From assembly GCA_963775465.1 (NCBI GenBank), contig CAVZIW010000003.1, positions 256,001 through 320,000 of the forward strand: DNA of 64,000 nt. Direction: 5' to 3'. Shown here one piece after another: positions 10,925 to 20,787 of this stretch. How positions within the stretch are numbered: the first letter of the stretch is position 1; the number at the start of each line of letters is the position of its first letter. The position numbers were made by a program, and so were the translations under genes. The notes beneath the pieces are model-generated. The model had not been told where the DNA came from. It made no database searches and was given only the letters and a program-made list of their open reading frames with translations. Origin of the DNA: Candidatus Bathyarchaeota archaeon (GTDB taxonomy: Archaea; Thermoproteota; Bathyarchaeia; Bathyarchaeales; Bathycorpusculaceae).

Positions 10925-11328
10925 GCACCACAAGCAGTAAACGTAGCGAGAAGTGGGGAGTTGTCCACATATTCAGCAGCTACAACAATACATTAATTCA
11001 TATTACTGATATCTCCGGCGCGGAAACAATTGCCCGCACGACCGGCGGTATGTTCGTTAAAGCCGACCGCATGGAATCTTCTCCGTATGCAGCTATGCGT
11101 GCGGCAACTGGTGCCGCTGAGATTGCAAGAGATAAAGGTATAACTGCCATTCACATCAAAGTTCGCGCTCCAGGCGGCAGCGGACCAAGAACACCTGGAC
11201 CCGGTGCACAAGCAGCCATTCGAGCGTTAGCAAGGTTTGGTTTCCGCATTGAACGTATTGAAGAAGTCACACCAGTTCCACATGATGGGACAAGAAGGCC
11301 TGGCGGTAGAAGAGGACGAAGAGTTTAA
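10921..11328 (+). CDS. rps11: 30S ribosomal protein S11 (probable CTG start)
   Basis: The frame of the 11050 ORF extends upstream through [27 protein letters not shown]; C-terminus [14 protein letters not shown]. Confidence 0.95.
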   Translation: MSTTSSKRSEKWGVVHIFSSYNNTLIHITDISGAETIARTTGGMFVKADRMESSPYAAMRAATGAAEIARDKGITAIHIKVRAPGGSGPRTPGPGAQAAIRALARFGFRIERIEEVTPVPHDGTRRPGGRRGRRV

Positions 11329-11432
11329 TCTATTTCTATCTCCCTTTATTGATAGAAAAATACAAATAATGCAGCGAAATATCGTATTGACCGCAAAGTC
11401 ACAAAATTAAGTTTATTGGAGTGTTTCAGCAA

Positions 11433-12248
11433 GTGAAAATTGAAGTCTTAGAAAAAAACGATAGTGCCCTTAGCATACTTGTTAAAGATGCGGATGTTAC
11501 TTTAATGAACGCTCTGCGTCGTATTGCACTTGCTGAAGTTCCATGCATGGCAATCGATGAAGTTGTAATGATAGAAAATAGTTCTATTCTGCAAGATGAA
11601 ATCATAGCTCATAGACTCGGACTTACCCCTCTAAAAACTGATTTAGATGCTTATAGTCTTCCTGAAGAATGTAAATGTCAAAGCGAATTCGGATGCTCAG
11701 AGTGTCGTGTGACATTAACTTTGGATGCTGAGGCAAAAGATGGAACAAGAACTGTTTACTCAGGTGAAGTTGTGTCTGAGAACCCAGAAGTTGTTCCAGT
11801 AAGTGACAAAATTCCGATCATAAAATTGGCTAAGAGCCAGAAGTTAAAGCTTGAAGCTTACGCAAGGCTTGGCATAGGAAAAACCCATGCAAAATGGCAG
11901 CCTGTTTCTATGTGTTCATACAAGTACTATCCCAAAATAACCACTCCCGAAGAGAAATGCGCCGATTGTCAAAAATGTGTCGAGATATGTCCCAAAAAAG
12001 TTTTTTCGTTCAAAGATGGAAAAGTCGATGTTCAGGACCTTTTGGCATGTACTCTTTGTATGGATTGTGTTGAGGCATGTCCTCAGAAGCCTTCACCTCT
12101 GACGGTCGAGTGGGTTAAAAATGCGTTTATTATGAATATTGAGTCGACTGGTGCTCTTCCTCCTGAACGTGTGCTCAAGGAAGCCACTAGACTTTTAGAC
12201 AAACAGCTAAACGAGCTTAAAGAACAAATAAAGGCTGAACAACAATGA
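11433..12248 (+). CDS. rpoD: RNA polymerase subunit D (Rpo3) with 2x[4Fe-4S] ferredoxin-like insert
   Basis: NALRR, DEIIAHRLGL, HAKWQP; CxxCxxCxxxCP twice. Confidence 0.97.
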   Translation: MKIEVLEKNDSALSILVKDADVTLMNALRRIALAEVPCMAIDEVVMIENSSILQDEIIAHRLGLTPLKTDLDAYSLPEECKCQSEFGCSECRVTLTLDAEAKDGTRTVYSGEVVSENPEVVPVSDKIPIIKLAKSQKLKLEAYARLGIGKTHAKWQPVSMCSYKYYPKITTPEEKCADCQKCVEICPKKVFSFKDGKVDVQDLLACTLCMDCVEACPQKPSPLTVEWVKNAFIMNIESTGALPPERVLKEATRLLDKQLNELKEQIKAEQQ

Positions 12249-12607
12249 GAGAAACCAAAACCACAAACCCTCAACTAATCAACCTTATCAGATTGCTACG
12301 CAAGCAAAGCAGAGAGAAATCGGCACCTATATGGTATGATGTCGCGGATTACCTGGCTAAAACTCGCAGTCAACGTGTCGTCATAAACCTAAGTAACATA
12401 AACCGCAACTCAGAGAAAGCTGATGTTGTAGTTGTTCCTGGCAAGGTCTTATCCTCCGGTGTTCTTGACCACGACGTGACAATTGCTGCTTTTGAAGCAT
12501 CTGAGCAGGCAATTGCAAAGATAGAAGCTTCAAAAGCGAAATATCTCACGATAAATGAGTTACTGGAGAAAAATCCAACTGGCTCAAATGTAAAAATTAT
12601 CCGGTGA
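12245..12607 (+). CDS. rpl18e: 50S ribosomal protein L18e
   Basis: TNPQL, VVVVPGKVL; operon position. Confidence 0.95.
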   Translation: MRETKTTNPQLINLIRLLRKQSREKSAPIWYDVADYLAKTRSQRVVINLSNINRNSEKADVVVVPGKVLSSGVLDHDVTIAAFEASEQAIAKIEASKAKYLTINELLEKNPTGSNVKIIR

Positions 12608-12613
12608 AAATAA

Positions 12614-13072
12614 ATGCAAACAACCACTAAACCAGCAAAATTATCAGTTACACTGGTAAATGCTGAAGCTCAAGTCGTTGGGCGGATGTGCAGTAAAATT
12701 GCCAAGCTTCTTCTCAACGGTGAAGAAGTCATTATTCTTAATGCTGAGAAAGCCATATTTTCAGGAAAAAAGAAAAGCAAAGTTGCTGAAGCTCACTTGT
12801 TCCTTGAAGTAGGTGCACCAATGCGTGGACCATTTCATTACAGGCGACCAGACCGTTATCTGCGTAAAACCGTTCGAGGTATGCTTCCATTTAAGCAACC
12901 AAAAGGCAAAAGTGCTTACAAACGCCTAAAAGTTTACATGGGTATCCCGCTAGAATTTAAAGATAAACAAATGATAACCTTCCCAGACGCTTTGTCGGCA
13001 AACCTTAAGGGTCCACGTTTTACCCTTGGGGAGTTGGCAAGTGAAATCGGTTGGAACGACAGGATGAAATAA
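12614..13072 (+). CDS. rpl13: 50S ribosomal protein L13
   Basis: GPFHYRRPD...RGMLP...RLKVYMGIP. Confidence 0.97.
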   Translation: MQTTTKPAKLSVTLVNAEAQVVGRMCSKIAKLLLNGEEVIILNAEKAIFSGKKKSKVAEAHLFLEVGAPMRGPFHYRRPDRYLRKTVRGMLPFKQPKGKSAYKRLKVYMGIPLEFKDKQMITFPDALSANLKGPRFTLGELASEIGWNDRMK

Positions 13073-13074
13073 TT

Positions 13075-13485
13075 ATGCCCGGAAAGAAAGTTTTAGTTGT
13101 AAGTGGAAAACGCAAAACCGCAACTGCGCGTGCTATAATTAAGCAAGGCGTTGGAAAAGTACGTATAAACTTAACACCAGTAGAAATAATTGAACCCAGC
13201 ATTGCCCGTGCAAAAATCATGGAACCTCTCTTGCAAGCAGGCGGAGACGTTTGGATGCAACTGGATATGGATGTGAAAACTAGGGGAGGAGGCTACATGG
13301 GGCAAGCAGAAGCTGCACGAATGGCAATAGCTAACGGCTTGCTAAAATGGACGCGGAGTACTCATTTACGTACAGTCTTTAGCGAATATGACCGTACAAT
13401 GATTGCTGGAGACAGCAGAGCAAAAGAAACCAAGAAAGTAGGCGGAACAGGCGCTCGGTCTAAAAAACAGAAAAGCTACCGATAG
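13075..13485 (+). CDS. rps9: 30S ribosomal protein S9
   Basis: [25 protein letters not shown]. Confidence 0.97.
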   Translation: MPGKKVLVVSGKRKTATARAIIKQGVGKVRINLTPVEIIEPSIARAKIMEPLLQAGGDVWMQLDMDVKTRGGGYMGQAEAARMAIANGLLKWTRSTHLRTVFSEYDRTMIAGDSRAKETKKVGGTGARSKKQKSYR

Positions 13486-13499
13486 GAGAAAAAAACAAA

Positions 13500-13730
13500 A
13501 TGATTATCCCCGTAAGATGCTTCACCTGCGGCAAGTTGGTTGGAGACCGATGGGACGAGTTTACTCGCCGAATCAAAACTGGTGAAAACGCTAGTGACGT
13601 GTTGGATAGCTTGGGTTTGAAACGGTACTGTTGCAGACGTATGTTGCTCTCTAACGTGGAAATCATCGACGAAGTCTTGCGCTTCTATGAAGAAGCAGAG
13701 AAACGCAAAGAAGCCCGAAGCTTTTACTAA
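13500..13730 (+). CDS. rpoN: RNA polymerase subunit N (Rpo10)
   Basis: [12 protein letters not shown]...RYCCRRM. Confidence 0.98.
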   Translation: MIIPVRCFTCGKLVGDRWDEFTRRIKTGENASDVLDSLGLKRYCCRRMLLSNVEIIDEVLRFYEEAEKRKEARSFY

Positions 13731-13955
13731 TTTTCTTTTTTAGTTCTTGTTCAAAATCCACAATAGTTTTTATTTTTTTTAGGTCGGTAAAAAGCTGTTT
13801 TTAATCTTATTGACTAAAGAATTGTGTATTCAATTGAGAAAGTGTTAGCGATAGTTCTTTTTGAACGCACTTTAAAGGGTGGTCTGAAATTTTTTCGGTT
13901 TTATTCTTTGCCTGTTAGACCATTATTTTGGTCCAAAAAAAGACACAAAGGAAGT

Positions 13956-14759
13956 TTATTGCGAGTATAGCTTCGCATATGGTCGCTTAGATAGCGGTAG
14001 TATCTTTTTGAATTTGCCTGCCAAGATTGCTGCGGGATCGCCGCCAAAATGGCAACAGTATTCTTTGACCAAGTTTTCAATCACTTGTATGTCTCGTTTG
14101 CCCACGGGCATTGTTTTTGTACCTTCGACTGGTTCAAGGATTTCGCCTCGTTCATAAATTACTCCGCCATGCATGCCTGTGCCTACGAATCGCGCCTTGC
14201 ATTTCTCGCAGCCTTCTAAGTTCAAGCCTAAGATTAGAATTACTCCGCCTGCCATGTACTCAGCTAAGAAGTCACCTGCGGTTTCTCCAATTACTATCTG
14301 CGGGATCTTTTTTTGGTACTCTTTCATGTGTATGCCGACACGGTAGCCTACATAGTCTTTTACAAAGATTTTTCCGCCCCGCATAGAGTGTCCAGTTAAG
14401 TCACCTGCATGTCCGTGAATGATGATTTCTCCATCGTTCATGGTGTTGCCACTGGCATCCTGTGCGTTCCCATGAATGACCATTTTTGGTCCACACATAA
14501 AAGCGCCTAAATCGTTGCCTGGCGTGCCGTAAACGTCGATTTGGATTTTAGTGTCAAGGTCTGTTCCCAAATATCTTTGTCCACAAACGTTATTCAATTC
14601 TATCTTCTCAAGGTCGGTGTTACATATTGCTTGTCGCATTAGACAATTAAGTTCTCTATAGTAGAGGTTTTCAGCGTCAATTTTGAGGGTTTTGTTTTCG
14701 TTAGTTACTCGGGGTTGGTATTTTGCGTCTATTTCTGCTTTTTCTTTTTGTTGCAACAT
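13956..14759 (-). CDS. Glutamate synthase GXGXG (domain 3) subunit
   Basis: GTPGNDLGAFM, GNTMNDG, AEYMAGG, GTGMHGG beta-helix repeats. Confidence 0.9.
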   Translation of the reverse strand: MLQQKEKAEIDAKYQPRVTNENKTLKIDAENLYYRELNCLMRQAICNTDLEKIELNNVCGQRYLGTDLDTKIQIDVYGTPGNDLGAFMCGPKMVIHGNAQDASGNTMNDGEIIIHGHAGDLTGHSMRGGKIFVKDYVGYRVGIHMKEYQKKIPQIVIGETAGDFLAEYMAGGVILILGLNLEGCEKCKARFVGTGMHGGVIYERGEILEPVEGTKTMPVGKRDIQVIENLVKEYCCHFGGDPAAILAGKFKKILPLSKRPYAKLYSQ

Positions 14760-14761
14760 TT

Positions 14762-16273
14762 TTACGCTCCTGCCATCTTTACGCCCAATATTTTAAGTTC
14801 AGTTTTAGTTAAGCCAACGCCGCGAAGTGCGAGTCGGTTACCGCGTAAGCTTTCAATCGCGTTTATACCCATGCCCCCCATCATATCTTTGATTTCAAGG
14901 CTCCAACCATTGAGCAAGTTAACTAGTCTTTTGGATGCAATGTCGGGGTTAATGCGTTTGCTAATCCATACATCACTAGTTGCGATGCCCCATGGGCATT
15001 TGCCTGTGTAGCAACGTTGACAAACTGTGCAGCCTATCGCTATCAGTGCCGCGGTGCCAATGTATACTGCGTCAGCGCCAAGAGCTATGGCCTTGAAAAC
15101 GTCGGCTGCACTTCGGAATCCTCCCGCTGCAACTATGCCTGCTTGATTTCTTATGCCTTCTTCACGTAATCGCTGGTCTATCTGCGCTAATGCCAGTTCG
15201 ATTGGTATTCCAACATTGTCTCGGATTACTTTGGGTGCTGCGCCTGTTGCACCTCGAACACCGTCGATAGCAATTATGTCTGCTCCAGCACGAACCATGC
15301 CACTTGCTATCGCTGGTGCGTTGTGGACTGCTGCTATTTTAACGCTAATTGGTTTGGTGTAGTTGGTTGCTTCTTTGAGTGCATAGATTAGTTGTCTTAG
15401 GTCTTCTATTGAGTAGATATCGTGTTGTGGTGCAGGTGAAAGTGCATCTGTGCCTTGTGGAATCATGCGCGTTTTAGCTACATGTTCAGTAACTTTTTCG
15501 CCTGGTAAATGGCCTCCGATGCCTGGTTTTGCGCCTTGCCCTATTTTGATCTCGATGGCTGCGCCTGCATCCAGGTAATCTGAATGAACACCGAATCTGC
15601 CGGAAGCTACCTGTACAATGGTGTGATCGCCGTATTTGTAGAGGCTTTTAACTAAACCTCCTTCACCCGTATTCCAATAAGTGCCGCATTCGGTTGCTGC
15701 TCGCGCTAATGATTCATGCACGTTTAAGCTAATAGCGCCATAGGACATAGCAGAGAACATTATTGGTGTATCTAAACGAAGTTGTGGGGTGAGTTGTGTT
15801 TTGAGTACGGTTTCGCCATTTTCATATGTCAAATCAAGTTTGTCGGGTTTTGCTCCAAGGTATGTGCGGATTTCCATGGGTTCACGGAGAGGATCAATTG
15901 AGGGGTTGGTGACTTGGCTGGCGTTTAATAGTAATCTGTCCCAGTAGCTGTACTGAGGTTTGTCACAACCCATGCCTGTTAAGATGACTGCTCCACTTTC
16001 TGCTTGTCGTTTAAGGTCTCGAATGGCTTCTCCGGTCCAGTTGGCGTTATCCCGGCTTGCGTTGGGGTTTTTTCTGATGGTTATGGCGTGTGTTGGGCAG
16101 AAAGTTACGCAGCGTTGGCAATTGACGCAGTTTTCGTCTATGCTACAAATTGTGTCGGTTTCTTCATCGTATGAGTGTGTATCGTATGTACATTGGTTTG
16201 TGCATACTTTGCAGCGAATGCAGCGTTTTTCGTCGCGTTCAATTAAGTATTCCGGTTGAACGTACGTTTTCAT
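14762..16273 (-). CDS. gltB: Glutamate synthase FMN-binding (domain 2) subunit with N-terminal ferredoxin
   Basis: AMSYGA, NTGEGG, QVASGRFGV, KIGQGAKPGIGGHLPGEKV, C-terminal 3Fe-4S Cys motif. Confidence 0.95.
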   Translation of the reverse strand: MKTYVQPEYLIERDEKRCIRCKVCTNQCTYDTHSYDEETDTICSIDENCVNCQRCVTFCPTHAITIRKNPNASRDNANWTGEAIRDLKRQAESGAVILTGMGCDKPQYSYWDRLLLNASQVTNPSIDPLREPMEIRTYLGAKPDKLDLTYENGETVLKTQLTPQLRLDTPIMFSAMSYGAISLNVHESLARAATECGTYWNTGEGGLVKSLYKYGDHTIVQVASGRFGVHSDYLDAGAAIEIKIGQGAKPGIGGHLPGEKVTEHVAKTRMIPQGTDALSPAPQHDIYSIEDLRQLIYALKEATNYTKPISVKIAAVHNAPAIASGMVRAGADIIAIDGVRGATGAAPKVIRDNVGIPIELALAQIDQRLREEGIRNQAGIVAAGGFRSAADVFKAIALGADAVYIGTAALIAIGCTVCQRCYTGKCPWGIATSDVWISKRINPDIASKRLVNLLNGWSLEIKDMMGGMGINAIESLRGNRLALRGVGLTKTELKILGVKMAGA

Positions 16274-17392
16274 TTACATTATGCCTCCTTGAGCGTTTGG
16301 TTTTAGTCGGCAGATTACTGGTTCTCCGCCTCTTGGTGCCCAAAACTTGTCTAGTTGAGGAGATACAAGACGCATGGGTGCTTCTTCTGAGGATAGAAAC
16401 ATAAGGTCGCCTTTTGTGCCAGCAACCATAGGTCTTAGCTTGATTCGGTCAGTTAACCCAATCATTTCGCCATGGTGAGCGATTACGATGCTGAATGGCC
16501 CGTTCATAAGTAAGCTGCCGTAAGTTTGTCGCAATGTTTTAAGTAGGTACGCTTTTTTGGGTTCCATTCTGTCAATTTCATCCCATAAGGGCGCCGCTAA
16601 GATTTGTGCAACCAAGTTGATGGGTAAATGTTGACGTCGCATCAACAAATCCACTGCATAGGCAAGCACCTCCGTATCTGTTTGCATGGTGCATTTGTAG
16701 CCATACATCTCTAGGAAACGGCGGTTTATGCCATAGGAAGACAATTCACCATTGTGCACGACAGTCCAGTCTAGGATGTTGAAAGGATGTGCTCCACCCC
16801 ACCAACCTGGTGTATTGGTTGGAAATCGACTGTGACACGACCACAAATATCCTTGATAATCTTCCAAGCAGAAGAATTCTGCAACATCTTCAGGGAAACC
16901 TACACCCTTGAAGACACCCATGTTTTTGCCGCTTGAAAATACAAATGCTTTTCCGGTTTCAGTGTTTATGCGCATGACAGCTTCGATGATGTAGTCCTCT
17001 TCAGTTTGAATCTTTGGTCGATTTTTTTTAGGTTGCACAAAGTACCGCCAAACCAATGGGGGGTCATGTACATCGGCGGGTTTTGTCTGCATTTCTTCAT
17101 CGTAGAAGATGTCAAATTTTGAAGCGAGAATTCTGTCGGTTTTTTCTTTGGCGTCTTTGCTTAGGTACATGATGTGAAAAGCGTATTGGTCTTTGAAGGC
17201 TGGGTATATACCGTACACGGCGAAGCCGCCGCCTAGTCCGTTGCCGCGGTCATGCATGTTTGCCATTGCGCGTACGGGGTCTTTGGAGCCGAAGCGTTTA
17301 CCTTCGGTGTTCATTGCTGCGAATATTCCGCAGGCTGAGAAATCTTTGTCATCTCCGAATGGGTTGATTATTTTTCTGTCATTTTGGTTCAT
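16274..17392 (-). CDS. Glutamate synthase glutamine amidotransferase (domain 1) subunit
   Basis: ACGIF Ntn nucleophile after propeptide; HSRFPTNT, HNGE, TDTE. Confidence 0.92.
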   Translation of the reverse strand: MNQNDRKIINPFGDDKDFSACGIFAAMNTEGKRFGSKDPVRAMANMHDRGNGLGGGFAVYGIYPAFKDQYAFHIMYLSKDAKEKTDRILASKFDIFYDEEMQTKPADVHDPPLVWRYFVQPKKNRPKIQTEEDYIIEAVMRINTETGKAFVFSSGKNMGVFKGVGFPEDVAEFFCLEDYQGYLWSCHSRFPTNTPGWWGGAHPFNILDWTVVHNGELSSYGINRRFLEMYGYKCTMQTDTEVLAYAVDLLMRRQHLPINLVAQILAAPLWDEIDRMEPKKAYLLKTLRQTYGSLLMNGPFSIVIAHHGEMIGLTDRIKLRPMVAGTKGDLMFLSSEEAPMRLVSPQLDKFWAPRGGEPVICRLKPNAQGGIM

Positions 17393-18675
17393 TATTGTAT
17401 CACACTCATTTTTCTTTGGAGACTAATAGGTAAGACTGCCCATCCAAAATCGTCTCGCAGTAGATCTTGTTTGAATTTTTTCACGTTAACTCGATTCTTC
17501 ATGAGGTTGAAAATGATTCCAGCTCGGTCTATGCTATTGACCATTGTCATGCCCACAATAACATTGTCTTTGAGAACCAGTTTCTTGTAGATGTTGTTTT
17601 CTATATCGAATTTAGTCAGCACTTCCAGCGTGTTATCATCTGGTTTTGGATTTGCGTTGCCGATTGAGACGATGGGTATGCCAAAGTATTTGAGGCTGCT
17701 CATGTTTGTGCCGCCTTCATAGGTGGTTTTTTTACCTGCCATGTTGTAGCCTGCGACTCGGCCTTCCAATACTGCTAAAGGCCACAGAGGTAAAAGTCGG
17801 TTCTGGTTGAGGATGAAATCGTATGCTTCTGCAACGTCGCCGCTGGCATAAATGTCTGCTATGTTGGTTTGCATAAAGTTGTCTACGATAATGCCTCGGT
17901 TAGTTTTAACATCCGTTCCCGCAACAAGTTCAGTTCTGGGAATAACGCCAATTGCTACTACAACTATATCGCAAGGCACCTTTTCACCGGTAGTTAATAT
18001 GACTTCTCCCACAGCATTTTCGTTGTCTGGTCTGCCGAGTATTTTCTGTACAGATTGTCCTGTTGCAAAGTTGACGCCTGCTTTTTTGATTACAGCTTCA
18101 ACCATGTCTGAAGCTTTGGAGTCGAGCAGTAAACTTAGGATTTTCTCCTGCAACTCAACAACTGTGACTTTTAAGCCGCGTTTTACTAGGGCTTCAGTTA
18201 CACTTATCCCGATTAAGCCTGCGCCGATAACCACCGCGTTCTTAGCGTGGGTGTTATCGATTTTTTCTGCTAATCGCTGTGCTTCGGACATGGTGGTGAA
18301 GGTAAAAACGCCATCTTTTTCCTGCCCTTCCATTTTTGGTACGAAAGGTTTGCCGCCCGTTGCCAGAAGAAGCTTCTCATAACTGATTTTTTCGCCATCT
18401 TCCAATGTGACAGTTTTTCCAGTAATGTCTAAACTTGTTGCTTTTTTGTTCAAGCGCGCATCCACATTGTTTTCTGTCCAGAAGTTGTCGGCTCGACACT
18501 TCATTTTCTGCATGTCTGAATTGCCGCTTACTAGGTCGCTAATCATGGGGCGACTGTAATCTGCACAGCATTCTTCCGTTATGATTGTGATGGTGCCGGT
18601 TGGGTCTACTTTTCTAATGGCCTCTATTGCACCTATGCCTGCTGCTGAAGCCCCAACAATGACGTATTTAGCCAT
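17392..18675 (-). CDS. NAD(P)/FAD-dependent oxidoreductase (NirB/Nox-like)
   Basis: VIVGASAAG, LLLATGG, VIGAGLIG, IYASGDVAE. Confidence 0.9.
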   Translation of the reverse strand: MAKYVIVGASAAGIGAIEAIRKVDPTGTITIITEECCADYSRPMISDLVSGNSDMQKMKCRADNFWTENNVDARLNKKATSLDITGKTVTLEDGEKISYEKLLLATGGKPFVPKMEGQEKDGVFTFTTMSEAQRLAEKIDNTHAKNAVVIGAGLIGISVTEALVKRGLKVTVVELQEKILSLLLDSKASDMVEAVIKKAGVNFATGQSVQKILGRPDNENAVGEVILTTGEKVPCDIVVVAIGVIPRTELVAGTDVKTNRGIIVDNFMQTNIADIYASGDVAEAYDFILNQNRLLPLWPLAVLEGRVAGYNMAGKKTTYEGGTNMSSLKYFGIPIVSIGNANPKPDDNTLEVLTKFDIENNIYKKLVLKDNVIVGMTMVNSIDRAGIIFNLMKNRVNVKKFKQDLLRDDFGWAVLPISLQRKMSVIQ

Positions 18676-18676
18676 T

Positions 18677-19120
18677 TTAGGATTTCACCTCTTTGAAAAC
18701 CAATGCTTCGTTTGGGCAGTTGGCAACGCATGCTGGTTCCTCCAAATCCTTACAGAGATCACATTTGGTGACGACTTTGCCTTCTTTGTCCATTATTATA
18801 GCGCCGTATGGACAAACCATTATGCAAGTCCAGCACCCCATGCATTTGTCTTTATTGTGGGTAACTTGACCAGTTTTTTCGTCTTTTGTCATGGCGCCTG
18901 CTAAGCAGGCGGTTACGCATGGAGCGTCTTGGCAATGTCGGCACTGTATTGCGAAGGAGATTGGTTTGTTGACTTCGCGTCTAATTCTGCTTAAGGGTTT
19001 AGGTTTTTCGCTATTGTACGCTTTAACAATGTCTTTGGATTTTGAATGTGCAACGGTGCAGTAGACTTCGCAAAGTCCGCAGCCCATGCATGCTTCTTGT
19101 TTAGCAACTATTTTTTTCAT
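18677..19120 (-). CDS. 4Fe-4S dicluster protein
   Basis: CMGCGLC, CRHCQDAPC, CMGCWTC, KCDLC...PACVANCP. Confidence 0.92.
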   Translation of the reverse strand: MKKIVAKQEACMGCGLCEVYCTVAHSKSKDIVKAYNSEKPKPLSRIRREVNKPISFAIQCRHCQDAPCVTACLAGAMTKDEKTGQVTHNKDKCMGCWTCIMVCPYGAIIMDKEGKVVTKCDLCKDLEEPACVANCPNEALVFKEVKS

Positions 19121-19397
19121 CAATAAGGCCTCTTGTTTTTATTAGTTAGCGCGGACAAGTGAGCAATTGGACATGGAGTTCTACGTCATTTGTACATAGA
19201 ACACCTTTGCTTGTCGTTGCTTGATTATTGTTTTTAATTATAATTCTACAAATGTTTAGCGGCACTTTTTGTACCTCTCTTAGTTATGTTAGCGCACAAA
19301 ATAGCATGTATTCTATATAACTTTGTTGGTAATCATTTATATGTATGTTCATGAACTATGCAGTATATACGAAACATATGTCGAGATTGATCTGAAA

Positions 19398-20501
19398 ATG
19401 GCGGAAAAAGACCTTGGTTACCGAAGAGTTCAATGCACCGGCAGAGGCTCATACATAATATCCCTTCCAAAGGAATGGGTAGAAGACATAGGATTAAAAC
19501 GAGGCAGTGAAATCGCATTTAACCTAGAGCCTGATTCCACTCTGCTACTTGTTCCACGAAAAATCATGGAAAAAGAAGGCAGAGAAGATGGATCCAAACC
19601 AAAAGAATACTTCATAAACGTCGACCCAAAAGAACCTCTCCAATCAACTATTCGAATGATTCGTTCCCTCTACGCAATTGGCGCCGACATAATAAGGGTC
19701 CATTTTAAAACGTCCCAGGAAGCTTCAAAATACAAAAACGACATAAAAAACCTAGCTCGCGACAACTTTTTAGGCTCAGAAATAATCGACGAAACCCAAA
19801 ATGAAATAACCCTCCAAATTCTAATCAGACACTCCGAATTTCCAATTGAAAAAGCTGTTAGAAGAATGGCTATTGTAGCTCTTGCAGCTAACCGGGATGC
19901 CATTGAAGCTCTCAATGACAAAAGCAACGCATTATTCGACAGCGTCATCAATGCTCACAACGACGTAAATCGTCTCGGTTTGTACATTATCCGGCAACTG
20001 AAGCATGGCATTGAAAGAAACTTGTACCGAGAGCTCGGGTTCAAAACTCCAAAAGAGTTCCTTCTTTACCGTATTGCTGTAAACGATATTGAAAATATCG
20101 GTGACAACGCTATGAATCTAATCAATCATCTTGGGGCTCTCCAGAAACTTATCAACGACCAAACTCTTTTCATTAAATATCCAATAGATGAAGAAATATA
20201 CAATCAATTGATCGATTTTAGTGTACAAGCTCACCAAATATACGATGATGCCATAAAAGCTCTCTTTAAACGCGACTACAAGGATGCGGAAAGATTAATT
20301 TCCAAACGTGAATCTTTAGTGCCTCTTGAAAATGAGTTAATAATGTTAATGTCTAGCAAGAAAATTGACCCAAATATCCTTTCAGTGCTAAGATTGATCT
20401 TTGATAATTGTAGGCGCGTACTGGACTACAGCCGTAACATGGCGGAACTAACGTTAAACCGAACTGTGGAAGAACTCTGTTCGACTTTCACCTACAAATA
20501 A
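19398..20501 (+). CDS. AbrB-PhoU family regulator
   Basis: RRVQ..GRGSYIISLPKEW AbrB domain plus tandem PhoU helical repeats (IENIGD). Confidence 0.88.
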   Translation: MAEKDLGYRRVQCTGRGSYIISLPKEWVEDIGLKRGSEIAFNLEPDSTLLLVPRKIMEKEGREDGSKPKEYFINVDPKEPLQSTIRMIRSLYAIGADIIRVHFKTSQEASKYKNDIKNLARDNFLGSEIIDETQNEITLQILIRHSEFPIEKAVRRMAIVALAANRDAIEALNDKSNALFDSVINAHNDVNRLGLYIIRQLKHGIERNLYRELGFKTPKEFLLYRIAVNDIENIGDNAMNLINHLGALQKLINDQTLFIKYPIDEEIYNQLIDFSVQAHQIYDDAIKALFKRDYKDAERLISKRESLVPLENELIMLMSSKKIDPNILSVLRLIFDNCRRVLDYSRNMAELTLNRTVEELCSTFTYK

Positions 20502-20522
20502 ACTAATCAACTAAGTGAAAAT

Positions 20523-20600
20523 TGGTGCTCCGGCCGGGATTTGGACCCGGGTCCGCGACTCGAGAGGCCGCTATACTTGACCGGACTATACTACCGGAGC
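20523..20600 (-). tRNA. tRNA-Glu (anticodon CTC), CCA encoded, no intron
   Basis: Reverse complement GCTCCGG...GCGGC-CTCTCGA-GTCGC...CCGGG-TCCAAAT-CCCGG-CCGGAGC-ACCA folds as a cloverleaf. Confidence 0.95.
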
Positions 20601-20787
20601 TCGCCGAAAAGGGTATTCTCATTGAAATAAATACGTTTTGTAATATTGAAGAGAAACTGCAGACAACTAGCTGGGTACTCTCAACAGTGGATTTCTAAAT
20701 AATCTTTGTCTTCAATAAGCAAGCTTCGCTTAGAGAAACGAAAAATCAAAATAATAAAAATAACAAAAAAGGAAATTAGGGGAAAGT

